From Candidatus Electronema halotolerans (GTDB taxonomy: Bacteria > Desulfobacterota > Desulfobulbia > Desulfobulbales > Desulfobulbaceae), in assembly GCA_942493095.1 (NCBI GenBank), contig OW818675.1:2280001-2312000 (forward strand): 32,000 nt of DNA, given 5' to 3'. Position 1 is the first letter of the stretch, and each line of letters starts with the position of its first letter. A program made the position numbers and the translations under genes. The notes under the pieces were generated by a model, which did not search any database, was not told the origin of the DNA, and saw only the letters and a list, made by a program, of their open reading frames with translations. This document shows, piece by piece, positions 11,413-20,150 of the stretch.

Positions 11413-11435
11413 CAAAATAAGACGGCCTTGCCGTC
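11413..11435 (-). terminator. Candidate short intrinsic terminator downstream of the small-ORF cassette
   Basis: Minus strand GACGGC-AAG-GCCGTC followed by TTATTTTG. Confidence 0.45.
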
Positions 11436-11441
11436 AGAACA

Positions 11442-11473
11442 TAACCTGAGTTCTTTAGGTCGAACTCAGGTTA
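11442..11473. repeat. Perfect 11-bp inverted repeat, 10-nt loop
   Basis: TAACCTGAGTT-CTTTAGGTCG-AACTCAGGTTA. Confidence 0.8.
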
Positions 11474-11494
11474 GTGTAACATCAAAATTAATGT

Positions 11495-11818
11495 TCAAGA
11501 AATAGATACCTCGTCAATAGCTTTCCTTACTCTCTTTCTGTTAATTCCAGCAGCCCCATTATAGCATGAACATGCGCATCCTATGTTAAAAATAGGCATA
11601 GAAAAAAAGAGTGGCCAAAAAATTGCACTTAAAAAGAAAAAAAGAATCCAGAAAAAAGTAATAAAAATTGCTCCAATAATCTGCCCCACATATAGGTAAC
11701 CAATAAGAGGAAAGAAAAAACCTAAAAAAACAGCAAGTGCCGGAGATTTTAGTTTTAAACCTTCAATCGCAAGCTGTTCCTCTAAAGCGTACTCATCAGC
11801 TAAAAATTTCTTCTTCAT
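11495..11818 (-). CDS. Small hydrophobic membrane protein, TM2-domain-like
   Basis: 107 aa: SPALAVFLGFFFPLIGYLYVGQIIGAIFITFFWILFFFLSAIFWPLFF; SD AAGGAGA upstream of the ATG. Confidence 0.7.
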   Translation of the reverse strand: MKKKFLADEYALEEQLAIEGLKLKSPALAVFLGFFFPLIGYLYVGQIIGAIFITFFWILFFFLSAIFWPLFFSMPIFNIGCACSCYNGAAGINRKRVRKAIDEVSIS

Positions 11819-11865
11819 TCCCTATCTCCTTTTTACACAAATACTTATCTTGTATCACAATCACA

Positions 11866-12114
11866 CTACTTATTCCATAGCAAAGTCAAAAAAGCTGCTG
11901 CTATTGTACCAAATGCAATAATTATAGCAGGAAGTATAAATGATGAAAACACTTTGTTGTTCTTGTCCTCATTCAAATCTTCCTTTTCATGACAAGGAGT
12001 CTCAGGATAACAACTGTTATCCATAGAGTTTTCTTGGTTACCATGATAATCTCCTGTGCTAACGTTATTCATGCTCCCATGATAATTCTTAACAGATCTA
12101 TCGTGAATATTCAT
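11866..12114 (-). CDS. Small protein with polar N-terminal motif and a C-terminal TM helix
   Basis: MNIHDRSVKNYHGSMNNVSTGDYHGNQ...VFSSFILPAIIIAFGTIAAAFLTLLWNK; ATGA overlap with the upstream ORF. Confidence 0.65.
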   Translation of the reverse strand: MNIHDRSVKNYHGSMNNVSTGDYHGNQENSMDNSCYPETPCHEKEDLNEDKNNKVFSSFILPAIIIAFGTIAAAFLTLLWNK

Positions 12115-12701
12115 ACCGAGCCTTCCTGTTTTTCGTCTTTATTATTAAATTGATTTTGAACTTTATTACCCGTTCCAACGTTATTCATACTCCCTCCATA
12201 ATTTTTTACAGAGCGATCTTCAAAATTTTCTATAGATTGTTTCTCAATATTAATAAGCACGCTACCTACTCTCCCAGACTCAATGTATTCTGTTACAGAA
12301 TTCATTATTTTTCCTATAAATTCAATATCTCCTGAATAAGCATAAACAACTGATCCAGAATTCATTTCAAAACCAAAGGCATATTTCCGGGGAATAAATC
12401 GTTTTGTAATACCATAGATAGCAACGCCTAAAGGAATAATGCCCAAAATAACTGCCCAAGCATCTCCTGTCGAAAATAGGGCTAACCCAATAAGTGATAA
12501 TAAAACAATCAAAAATATTGGAAATTTTTCTTCTAAAAGCTTGTATTGACCAACACGACTCAAATTATTTATTGGAAAAATTTCTGAACCAAAGTGTATG
12601 CTATAAGGAGTGAGTTCAAGCACCCGAGACTTTGAATGCAGAGGTACTTGTTTATAACGTCCATAATTTCCTAAAAAATCATTTATTGACAAGTAAGCCA
12701 T
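12111..12701 (-). CDS. Two-TM membrane protein with C-terminal DRSVKNYGGSMNNVGTG motif; fold resembles DUF6232-like proteins (from memory)
   Basis: MAYLSINDFLGNYGRYKQV...; ATG at 12701 with GGAG SD preferred over the TTG at 12713; ATGA overlap with the next ORF. Confidence 0.65.
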   Translation of the reverse strand: MAYLSINDFLGNYGRYKQVPLHSKSRVLELTPYSIHFGSEIFPINNLSRVGQYKLLEEKFPIFLIVLLSLIGLALFSTGDAWAVILGIIPLGVAIYGITKRFIPRKYAFGFEMNSGSVVYAYSGDIEFIGKIMNSVTEYIESGRVGSVLINIEKQSIENFEDRSVKNYGGSMNNVGTGNKVQNQFNNKDEKQEGSV

Positions 12702-12845
12702 ATTTTTCTCCAAAGCAAGAAACTATAGAATACACCAACTAAGAAAAAACAGAAAAGGAGGAGCAAGGGAGGAGCAACCTTAGTTCGACGTAATGAGATA
12801 GGCAGCTACCTATCTTACAATACTCTGACAAACTTATTGACATAA

Positions 12846-12879
12846 AATTTCCAGACCCCGCTAACGAGGTCTGGAAATT
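12846..12879 (-). terminator. Hairpin downstream of aprA
   Basis: Perfect 12-bp inverted repeat AATTTCCAGACC-N10-GGTCTGGAAATT, followed on the minus strand by TTATG (short T-run). Confidence 0.65.
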
Positions 12880-12951
12880 CTTACTGATAAAACTGCGCAG
12901 ACCGCTATGCTGAACAGAGGCTGCAATCAGCCCTGTCCGCAGCCGCTTGGA

Positions 12952-14967
12952 TTAGATCCACGGCTCGGTCTCAACGATGTTGATGCACTCAACCTTCTCG
13001 CACTTCCACTCTTTGGTTGCAGGATCAAAAGTGGAATTGACGAAAGCCTTCCAGTTCTCGTCATCAACTGTCGGGTAATCAGAGCGGTAGTAGAAGCCCG
13101 GATAACGGGATTCCTGACGGAACTCAATGTGACGGATGTGGGTCTCTACACACCAAATGCGGTGATAGTTCTCCCAAGCACGCATCAGCTCATGCAGGTC
13201 GCCCGCAGCCATCTTCTCGGCATCCTCACGCAGCATGCGGAGGAGGTCGAGGCAGATGTTGAGCATCTTGCCGGAGGTCATGTAGTAGGTGGCCACGCCG
13301 CCGCCATACTCATCGGTGGCCTTCATCAGGCGCATCATCAGACCATGCGGCTTGCAGTAGTTGGGGTTGACATCCTGATGGGTGGACGCACCAACATGCT
13401 CCAGATAACGGGTCACTGGAGCGTAGATCTCAGCGGCCAGCTCCTGAGCGGTCTGAGCCAGCTCAGGTTTGAAGTCAGCATGGTCACGGCAATACTTGAC
13501 CAACTGCTTGCCAACGATGCGGCCTTCGGTGTGCGAACCAGAAGAGAACTTGTGACCAGATGCGCCCACGCCGTCGCCAGCAGTGAACAGACCATCAACA
13601 GTGGTCATGCGGTTGTAGCCCCACTTGTACTGATGCGAACGCGGACCGTCAACAGTCGGGACCCAGTCCTCAGCCGGACCAGAAGTCCAGATGCCGCAGC
13701 AGCCAGAGTGAGAACCGAGCATGTACGGTTCGGTCGGCATGATCTCGGAACCGATTTTCTCCGGCTCAATGTTCATGCCCGCCCAGAGGCCAGCCTGGCC
13801 AATGGACATATCCAAGAAGTCTTCCCAAGCCTCAGACTCCAGATGCTTCCAGAACTTCTTCACTTCCTTCTCGTCTTTGCCAGCAGCGCGCATGTCATCA
13901 AGGAAGGAGTTCAAAGCGACATCAGTGGCCATGTAAACCGGGCCGCGTCCTTCTTTGAACTCGTTGACCATCAGATGGTTGCGCAGACAGGTCGGAGTGA
14001 CAGCAGAAGCACCATAAGGCATGAACTTCTTCAGCTCTTCTTTAGCCGCATCGCCCATAGCATAGAACTCGCCATTGCCGTTGGACACTTTAGCCTTGAA
14101 CAGAAGGAACCATGCGCCAACCGGGCCGTAACCGTCTTTGAAACGGGCCGGGGTGAAGCGGTTTTCCATCATGGTCAGGGTGGCGCCAACCTGAGCGCAC
14201 ATGGTGTAGGTGGAACCTGCATTCCAGACCGGATACCAAGCCCGGCCCTTGCCCTCACCAGTGGAGCGCGGACGGAAGATGTTGACTGCGCCGCCGCAAG
14301 CAACCATTGCTGTCTTGCATTTGAAAACATGCACTTTGTTCTCACGAACAGAGAAACCTACTGCACCAGCAATCTGGTTCGGCACGTTCTTGTCAAGCAG
14401 CATCTTGACGATGAAAACGCGCTCCATGATGTTTTCTTCGCCCAGAGCCTTCTTGGCAGCTTCAGCAACGATGCACTTGTAGGACTCACCGTTGATCATG
14501 ATCTGCCATTTGCCGGTGCGAACCGGCTTGCCGCCCTCACGCAGGGTCGGAGCAGGCTTGGAGCCGTCCAGGTTGGAGCCGTCCTCAGCCTTCTTCCAGA
14601 TCGGCAGGCCCCACTCCTCAAACAGCTTGACAGACTCATCCACGTGACGGCCCAGATCGTAGATCAGATCCTCGCGGACAACGCCCATCAGGTCGTTGCG
14701 GACCATCTTGACGTAGTTCTCGATCTCGTTCTCGCCGATATAGGTGTTGATCGCGGACAGGCCCTGTGCAACTGCGCCGGAACGCATCATGGCAGCCTTG
14801 TCAACCAGCATGATCTTCAGGTCAGCAGGTGCCCACTTCTTGATCTCAAAGGCTGCGCCGCAGGCAGACATGCCGCCGCCGACGATCAGCACGTCAGTTT
14901 CATGCTCGACAATCTCAGGATTGGCAACCGCAGGCAGCTCGCCTTTCGGCTTGTTAGGTAAAGCCAT
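12952..14967 (-). CDS. aprA: Adenylylsulfate (APS) reductase alpha subunit
   Basis: 671 aa; ETDVLIVGGGMSACGAAFEIKKWAPADLKIMLVDKA; ...RSHQYKWGYNRMTTVDGLFTAGDGVGASGHKFSSGSHTEGRI. Confidence 0.98.
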   Translation of the reverse strand: MALPNKPKGELPAVANPEIVEHETDVLIVGGGMSACGAAFEIKKWAPADLKIMLVDKAAMMRSGAVAQGLSAINTYIGENEIENYVKMVRNDLMGVVREDLIYDLGRHVDESVKLFEEWGLPIWKKAEDGSNLDGSKPAPTLREGGKPVRTGKWQIMINGESYKCIVAEAAKKALGEENIMERVFIVKMLLDKNVPNQIAGAVGFSVRENKVHVFKCKTAMVACGGAVNIFRPRSTGEGKGRAWYPVWNAGSTYTMCAQVGATLTMMENRFTPARFKDGYGPVGAWFLLFKAKVSNGNGEFYAMGDAAKEELKKFMPYGASAVTPTCLRNHLMVNEFKEGRGPVYMATDVALNSFLDDMRAAGKDEKEVKKFWKHLESEAWEDFLDMSIGQAGLWAGMNIEPEKIGSEIMPTEPYMLGSHSGCCGIWTSGPAEDWVPTVDGPRSHQYKWGYNRMTTVDGLFTAGDGVGASGHKFSSGSHTEGRIVGKQLVKYCRDHADFKPELAQTAQELAAEIYAPVTRYLEHVGASTHQDVNPNYCKPHGLMMRLMKATDEYGGGVATYYMTSGKMLNICLDLLRMLREDAEKMAAGDLHELMRAWENYHRIWCVETHIRHIEFRQESRYPGFYYRSDYPTVDDENWKAFVNSTFDPATKEWKCEKVECINIVETEPWI

Positions 14968-15009
14968 ATCGATATCTCCTTTAAGCTGTTCAGATTCTAT
15001 GAAAAGCGA

Positions 15010-15438
15010 TTATTTCATGACCATAGTCGGGGTCTTCAGTGCAGTCTCCATAGCCAAGCATTCGTCATCAAGGTTTGTGCCCTTGGTGTCCTCATAGGCG
15101 TTGGCTGCGCCCTCAGCAGTGGTGCGGATCGGGAACTTGAAGCGCTTGATGTTGCCGTTGCGGAATTTGATGGTCCACATGATGGAGTCAGAAGAGCGCA
15201 TCGGATGCACCTGGCCGCCCATCGGGACAAAGTCATCATAACCGCGCACAGCGATGGCGCCCTGCGGGCATATCTTGACGCAGGAGTAGCACTCCCAGCA
15301 GGCATCCGGCTCCTGATTGTAGGCCTTCATCGCCTCAACATTGAGAACCATCAGGTCGTTGGGGCAGATGTACATGCAGGCGGTCTTATCGCCGCCCTTG
15401 CAACCATCACATTTTTCTGGATTGACGAAACTTGGCAT
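15010..15438 (-). CDS. aprB: Adenylylsulfate (APS) reductase beta subunit
   Basis: MPSFVNPEKCDGCKGGDKTACMYICPNDLMVLN...CWECYSCVKICPQGAIAVRGYDD. Confidence 0.98.
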   Translation of the reverse strand: MPSFVNPEKCDGCKGGDKTACMYICPNDLMVLNVEAMKAYNQEPDACWECYSCVKICPQGAIAVRGYDDFVPMGGQVHPMRSSDSIMWTIKFRNGNIKRFKFPIRTTAEGAANAYEDTKGTNLDDECLAMETALKTPTMVMK

Positions 15439-15568
15439 CGTAAATACCTCCTATTGGATTTTCCTGATGGCGGCGCGGAAGGCCGCCATATATGTTTGCC
15501 TGATTTTCTGTTATGGTCGAAAACGGCGGCGCGGAGTCTGTCCGCAGCAAAGCCGTCAAGTGAATCAT

Positions 15569-15597
15569 TTAATAATTGGTTGCGAGCACAATGTCAA
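15569..15597 (-). promoter_or_regulatory. Candidate sigma70 promoter of aprBA
   Basis: Minus strand TTGACA-N17-TATTAA about 130 nt upstream of aprB. Confidence 0.5.
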
Positions 15598-15700
15598 GAA
15601 AAATCGTCTCAAAACACACTGGGATGCAGCACATTTTTTCATCAGAAAAATTCATGAGGCCCATCAGGGAAACAACTCTCTGAAAACAGGCGGCTGCGGA

Positions 15701-16189
15701 TCAGCCGCCGCAGTCGGTCATATCGCCTTTCATTTTGCCGATGCCATGTTCCAAGGCAGGCAGAATGGCCTCCAGATTTTCCTGCGCCGCCTTGGCACTG
15801 CCTGGCAGGTTGATGATCAGCGTTTGGCCGCGCATGCCGGCAATGCCCCGCGACCAGACCGCCTGAATGGTCTTGGCCAAGCTGGCCTGGCGCATGGCCT
15901 CGGCCAAGCCGGGCACTTCCCGCTCAATCACCCGGCGGGTGGCTTCCGGGGTGCGGTCAGACGGGGAAACCCCAGTGCCGCCAGTGGTGACGATCAAATC
16001 AAGCTGTTTGCTGTCCGCCCAATCTGTCAACGTGGCAACGATCAGCTCTTCTTGATCCGGCAGGATTGTATAAGCCGTAATTGTGAAGCCCTGCCCTGCC
16101 AAAATTTCTTGCAGCAGCAGGCCGGAACCATCTTCCCGCTGGCCATGAAAACCTTTGTCGCTGAGGGTGAGCACGCCGCAGGTCAGCAT
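15701..16189 (-). CDS. mog: Molybdenum cofactor biosynthesis protein, MogA/MoaB family
   Basis: GVLTLSDKGFHGQREDGSG...DLIVTTGGTGVSPSDRTPEATRRVIEREVPGLAEAMR...INLPGSAKAAQENLEAILPALEHGI. Confidence 0.9.
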   Translation of the reverse strand: MLTCGVLTLSDKGFHGQREDGSGLLLQEILAGQGFTITAYTILPDQEELIVATLTDWADSKQLDLIVTTGGTGVSPSDRTPEATRRVIEREVPGLAEAMRQASLAKTIQAVWSRGIAGMRGQTLIINLPGSAKAAQENLEAILPALEHGIGKMKGDMTDCGG

Positions 16190-16947
16190 TGGCTCTCCTC
16201 TGAGCGGGCCAGCGGCTTTTTGACAAAAAATCGCACTGCAACAATGCTGATCTCGTACAAAACCAGCAGCGGCCCGGCCATGATGAACTGATTGACCGGA
16301 TCAGGGGTCGGAGTGACTATGGCCGCGACAATAAAGGCGATCAGCACCGCATATTTGCGATGTTTGGCTAAAAAAGGCGCGTTGACGAGGCCGAGCTTGG
16401 CAAAGAAAACCATGAAGACCGGCAGCTCAAAAATAATCCCAAAGGCAAAGAGGAGAAACAGGGCTAAGGAAAAATACTCGCTGACCGCAGGCATGGGTTC
16501 GAGGAACTCATTGGAATAGCCGAGGAGAAAACGGAAAGCTGGCGGAAAAACGATAAAATAACCAAAGGCTGCGCCGCCGATAAAACAGCAGCTCGATACG
16601 GCGGTAAAGGGCAGCATCATTTTTTTTTCGTGCTGATACAGACCTGGAGCGACAAAACGCCAGATTTGCAGGAGGATGACCGGGCTGGCCAAAAAAATGC
16701 CCGCAGCCAAGGCTAATTTCAGGTAAAAAAAGAAGCCTTCCTGATAGGAGATGAAAATCAGGTGGCTGTCCTTGGCCATGACCTTGATCAAGGGGGCGAA
16801 AAACCAGTCCGCCACTGGCTCGATAAAGGCATACGCTGCCGCAAAGCCGACAGCGACAGCGGCCAAGGAGATCAGAATGCAGGAGCGCAGCTCGGCCAAA
16901 TGCTCGGTCAGCGGCTGCTGAGTCAGGGTTTCATTGCGCATGATCAA
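16183..16947 (-). CDS. tatC: Sec-independent protein translocase TatC
   Basis: PLTEHLAELRSCILIS..., multi-TM, FELPVFMVFFAKLGLVNAPFLAKHRKYAVLIAFIVAAIVTPTPDPVNQ. Confidence 0.95.
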   Translation of the reverse strand: MIMRNETLTQQPLTEHLAELRSCILISLAAVAVGFAAAYAFIEPVADWFFAPLIKVMAKDSHLIFISYQEGFFFYLKLALAAGIFLASPVILLQIWRFVAPGLYQHEKKMMLPFTAVSSCCFIGGAAFGYFIVFPPAFRFLLGYSNEFLEPMPAVSEYFSLALFLLFAFGIIFELPVFMVFFAKLGLVNAPFLAKHRKYAVLIAFIVAAIVTPTPDPVNQFIMAGPLLVLYEISIVAVRFFVKKPLARSEESQC

Positions 16948-17070
16948 CAGCCGCCAAGATACCCTGTTTGCCGCAGTCTGTCAAATAGCTTGGCAGGGAT
17001 GCTCAAGGAATGAGGTGATAAAATGGCAGCAGATGCAAAAGTGCCCTGAATGTCGAAAGGCGCTTTTCTG

Positions 17071-17595
17071 TCACTGCCGCCTGCTCCGCTCCTGCGCGGC
17101 TTTCAGGATTCTGAAGATTTCCCGGCTGTGGCGGGGATTGCGGCTGACGGCAAAAAGAAAGGCCAGCCGGGTCAGTTCCTGCGCATCAGCGAACGGCAGC
17201 TTGGCAGCAATTTCTGCGGCAGTATCAGATGACCAGGTCTCGCTGAAATCATCCTGCGTTTCCTTGGCCGCAATCGCCTCTTCGATCAAGGCATCACGCA
17301 GATGCTCTATTTCGTGCTGCTGCTTTTTTTTCAGCAGAGATGCTCCCTTGCGCTCCGAAAGAAACTGATACAGGGCATCTGCGGAATCCTCTTCCCGCAG
17401 CAGCTTGGTGATATGCTTGATCAGGCGGCGGCGGGCACTGTCCCGGCCCAAGGCGGCAGCCTCCAAGAGCAGGACGCGCAGCTCCTCATCCGTTGGCAGC
17501 TGATTGATCAACGCGGGTGGCAGGGCAGCCAAGGCTTCCACTAGCTCCTCCAGCCGCTTGATCCGTCGTTTCTGCTCAGACCTGCTCAGTTCCAT
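17071..17595 (-). CDS. Hypothetical all-helical protein
   Basis: 174 aa, overlaps the coaBC stop by 20 bp in a different frame, suggesting coupling. Confidence 0.7.
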   Translation of the reverse strand: MELSRSEQKRRIKRLEELVEALAALPPALINQLPTDEELRVLLLEAAALGRDSARRRLIKHITKLLREEDSADALYQFLSERKGASLLKKKQQHEIEHLRDALIEEAIAAKETQDDFSETWSSDTAAEIAAKLPFADAQELTRLAFLFAVSRNPRHSREIFRILKAAQERSRRQ

Positions 17596-18784
17596 ACTGT
17601 CTCCTTTTGCTCTCCAACAGGGCCAGAGCCTTGTCCCAAATCCGGTCGGCAGTTTCCTCTTTGGAAAGCAGCTCCAGCCGCTCGGTCTGTTTTTTGGTGA
17701 TCAGCGTGACTTGATTGCTGTCCGCATCAAAGCCGGTGTTCTGGCCAAGAATGTCGTTGACCACGATCATGTCCGCATTTTTGGCCAGCAGCTTGCGTCT
17801 GCCTTCAGCCTCATGCCTGCTGCTTTCCGCCGCAAAGCCGATCAGCAGCTGGCCCGCCCGCCGGTCGCGGCCCAGTTCGGCAAGAATGTCCGGGTTGGCC
17901 GTTAATTCCAGCAGCGGTTCTGCGCCAGCCTTTTTGATCTTCTCGGCAGAAAAGGCTACAGGCCGGAAATCCGCCACTGCTGCCGCCTTGACGACAATGG
18001 AAGCGGTCGGCGCGTGACGAACGACCGCTTTTGTCATCTCCAAGGCGGTTTCCACCCGCAGCACCTGCACACCGGGCGGCGGCTCCAAGGCCACTGGCCC
18101 GGAAATCAGCATTACCTCAGCCCCGCGCCGCTTGGCAGTCCGGGCCAAGGCATAGCCCATTTTGCCGCTGGACCGGTTGCTGAGACAGCGGGCCGGATCA
18201 AGCGGCTCCCGTGTCGGCCCGGCAGTGATCAGCACCTGCTGCCCGGCCAAGTCCTGCTTGATCAGCAGGCCGAGCAAGCGTTCCCGCACGGTGTCCCATT
18301 CAGCCAGACGGCCCGCGCCTTCCTCGCCGCAGGCCAGCCGCCCGGATTCCGGCGCAACGACTGCATACCCGAAGTCGCGCAGGATGTGCAGATTGCGCTG
18401 GGTGGCCGGATGAGCCAGCATCCGCGAATTCATGGCCGGACAGACCAGCACCGGCGCAGAGCAGGACAGCACGGCTGCGGCCAGCAGATCATCCGCAAAA
18501 CCCTGCGCCAGCCGGGCAATGGTCTGGGCTGTGGCCGGAGCAATCAGGACGGCATCCGCCGCCGCAGGCAGAGTGATATGGGCCATGTCTCCGGCAAACA
18601 TTTCGCTCTGCACCGGCCTGCCGGACAGAGCCGTGAAGGTCAGCGGCGTGACAAAGCGGGTTGCGGCAGCCGTCATCAGCACCTGCACCTGCGCCCCTTC
18701 CTTGCTCAGGGCATGAACCCAGCCTGCGGCCTTGAAAGCGGCAATCGAGCCGCAGACCCCAAAAAGAATCTTCCGCCCGCGCAT
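17576..18784 (-). CDS. coaBC: Bifunctional phosphopantothenoylcysteine decarboxylase/phosphopantothenate-cysteine ligase
   Basis: KILFGVCGSIAAFKA, LVCPAMNSRM, VLITAGPTREPLDPARCLSNRSSGKMGYALA, VKAAAVADFRP. Confidence 0.96.
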   Translation of the reverse strand: MRGRKILFGVCGSIAAFKAAGWVHALSKEGAQVQVLMTAAATRFVTPLTFTALSGRPVQSEMFAGDMAHITLPAAADAVLIAPATAQTIARLAQGFADDLLAAAVLSCSAPVLVCPAMNSRMLAHPATQRNLHILRDFGYAVVAPESGRLACGEEGAGRLAEWDTVRERLLGLLIKQDLAGQQVLITAGPTREPLDPARCLSNRSSGKMGYALARTAKRRGAEVMLISGPVALEPPPGVQVLRVETALEMTKAVVRHAPTASIVVKAAAVADFRPVAFSAEKIKKAGAEPLLELTANPDILAELGRDRRAGQLLIGFAAESSRHEAEGRRKLLAKNADMIVVNDILGQNTGFDADSNQVTLITKKQTERLELLSKEETADRIWDKALALLESKRRQYGTEQV

Positions 18785-18785
18785 C

Positions 18786-19331
18786 TCAGTAAGGCCAGCC
18801 GCCGCTGTCCGGGGCAGTCATCTGCTGCTGCTGTTGCTGCTGCTGCCTGCCTGCCGGTTCGCCGAACGGATTGAGCTTAACCGCCGCTGTCTTGTCAATG
18901 GTCACATACAGCGTCAGGCTGCTGCGGCCAAAAAAGCCTTCAGAAATAATCATCATGCAGGTTTTGTGCGGTTTGACAAAGGCGAACATGATGTCTGTGG
19001 AGGCGGCCTCGCCGACCAGCTTCCAGCCGCTGTCCTGCATGGCCGTGAGCATGTAGTCTTTCAGGGACACAGTCTCCACCTTGCCGGCATAATGCCAGAC
19101 TCCGCCGTGAAAGGATTCAGTCTTGATGGCCATGGACCGGGCGCGGTCCCATTCCATTTCCGCAGGCATGACAATATCGTGAATATCATCGGCAAAACCG
19201 GGAATGGGCGGCAGGCCGCCGAAATTAGTCTGAATTGACGAGGAGGAAAAAATGCAGCCAGAAAGCAGGAGCAGCACCGCGCCCAAGGCAAGGAGCAGAA
19301 CGGTTTTCACAGGCGGAAGACAGTGTTTCAT
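18786..19331 (-). CDS. Hypothetical lipoprotein with C-terminal polyglutamine tract
   Basis: Signal peptide with lipobox (LLLLSGC); C-terminus GRQQQQQQQQMTAPDSGGWPY. Confidence 0.8.
   Translation of the reverse strand: MKHCLPPVKTVLLLALGAVLLLLSGCIFSSSSIQTNFGGLPPIPGFADDIHDIVMPAEMEWDRARSMAIKTESFHGGVWHYAGKVETVSLKDYMLTAMQDSGWKLVGEAASTDIMFAFVKPHKTCMMIISEGFFGRSSLTLYVTIDKTAAVKLNPFGEPAGRQQQQQQQQMTAPDSGGWPY
18822..18845. repeat. CTG/CAG trinucleotide repeat (8 Gln codons, one CAA)
   Basis: ctgctgctgctgttgctgctgctg, in frame at the 3' end of the lipoprotein gene. Confidence 0.8.
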
Positions 19332-19852
19332 GGGGAATTTTCTCCAAATTCGTGTAGGATGAACTGTTCCAGCGGCAGCCGCTGCGACTGCTGGTTCCGG
19401 TGCTGCGGCCAGCCCAAGGCGAGCACGGCAGCCAGCTCAAACTGGCTGCTCAGGCCCAGCACCTCGTTCACGCGCTCTTTCTGGTTCAGAATCTGCCCCA
19501 GCCAGACCGCGCCCAGCCCCAGCTCATGCGCGGCCAGAAGCATATTTTGGATGCAGGCTCCGGCTGCCTGATGATCTTTGATTCGATCATACATCTTTTC
19601 CTGATCAAGGTAAACGGCAATCAAGGCCGGGGCGGCCTTGACAATGTGGCTGTAATGGGTCAGTTCGGCCAGCTTGGCGCGGAGTTCCGCCGTGCGGATG
19701 ATGACAAATTTCCACGGCTGGTTGTTGAGGCCGGACGGCGCCCATATCCCGGCAGTGATGATCTGCTCCAGCAGGCTGCGTTCCACAGGTTCTGCGGTGA
19801 ATTCGCGGATGCTCCGCCGCCTCAGAATGGCTTCTTGGACAGGTGGTTGCAT
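19328..19852 (-). CDS. Nitroreductase family protein
   Basis: AILRRRSIREFTAEPVERSLLEQIITAGIWAPSGLNNQPWKFVII...AHELGLGAVWLGQI; ATGA overlap with the lipoprotein gene. Confidence 0.92.
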   Translation of the reverse strand: MQPPVQEAILRRRSIREFTAEPVERSLLEQIITAGIWAPSGLNNQPWKFVIIRTAELRAKLAELTHYSHIVKAAPALIAVYLDQEKMYDRIKDHQAAGACIQNMLLAAHELGLGAVWLGQILNQKERVNEVLGLSSQFELAAVLALGWPQHRNQQSQRLPLEQFILHEFGENSP

Positions 19853-20150
19853 GAGAAGAAAACGTGGTTGGATTCAGGCGGCAAGCACAGCATGAGCTGC
19901 GTTGGGAAAGGTGCGCTGCGGCAGCATGACAGCTCGTTCCTGCCGCCAGCAATACGACATGCGCCCAGCTCACCCGCCGTTGAACGTACCCAGATTCAGG
20001 GAGTAATGCAAGGGTTGCGCTGCCTAAGAACAGTCGGACAGAGGAAAATCAACCTGTTGGGTTATGACGGGCAGGGGTGTTCCGCTCCCTCATCGTTGCC
20101 AAATCCCTCCAGATCGAGTATTGTTTCTCATCATTGCAGACAGGCGAATA

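Noticed and set aside
12907-14961. Long plus-strand ORF (684 aa)
   Set aside because: Exact antisense of aprA; its length is a by-product of codon bias in a highly conserved gene, and the translation has no recognisable family features.
18014-18874. Plus-strand ORF (286 aa) and shorter ones nearby
   Set aside because: Antisense to coaBC, with Pro/Arg/Gly/His-rich low-complexity translation.
19853-20150. Possible promoter-containing or decayed-gene region between divergent genes
   Set aside because: I could not identify a convincing protein fragment, RNA or IS end by eye; short ORFs there read as noise. Left unannotated.
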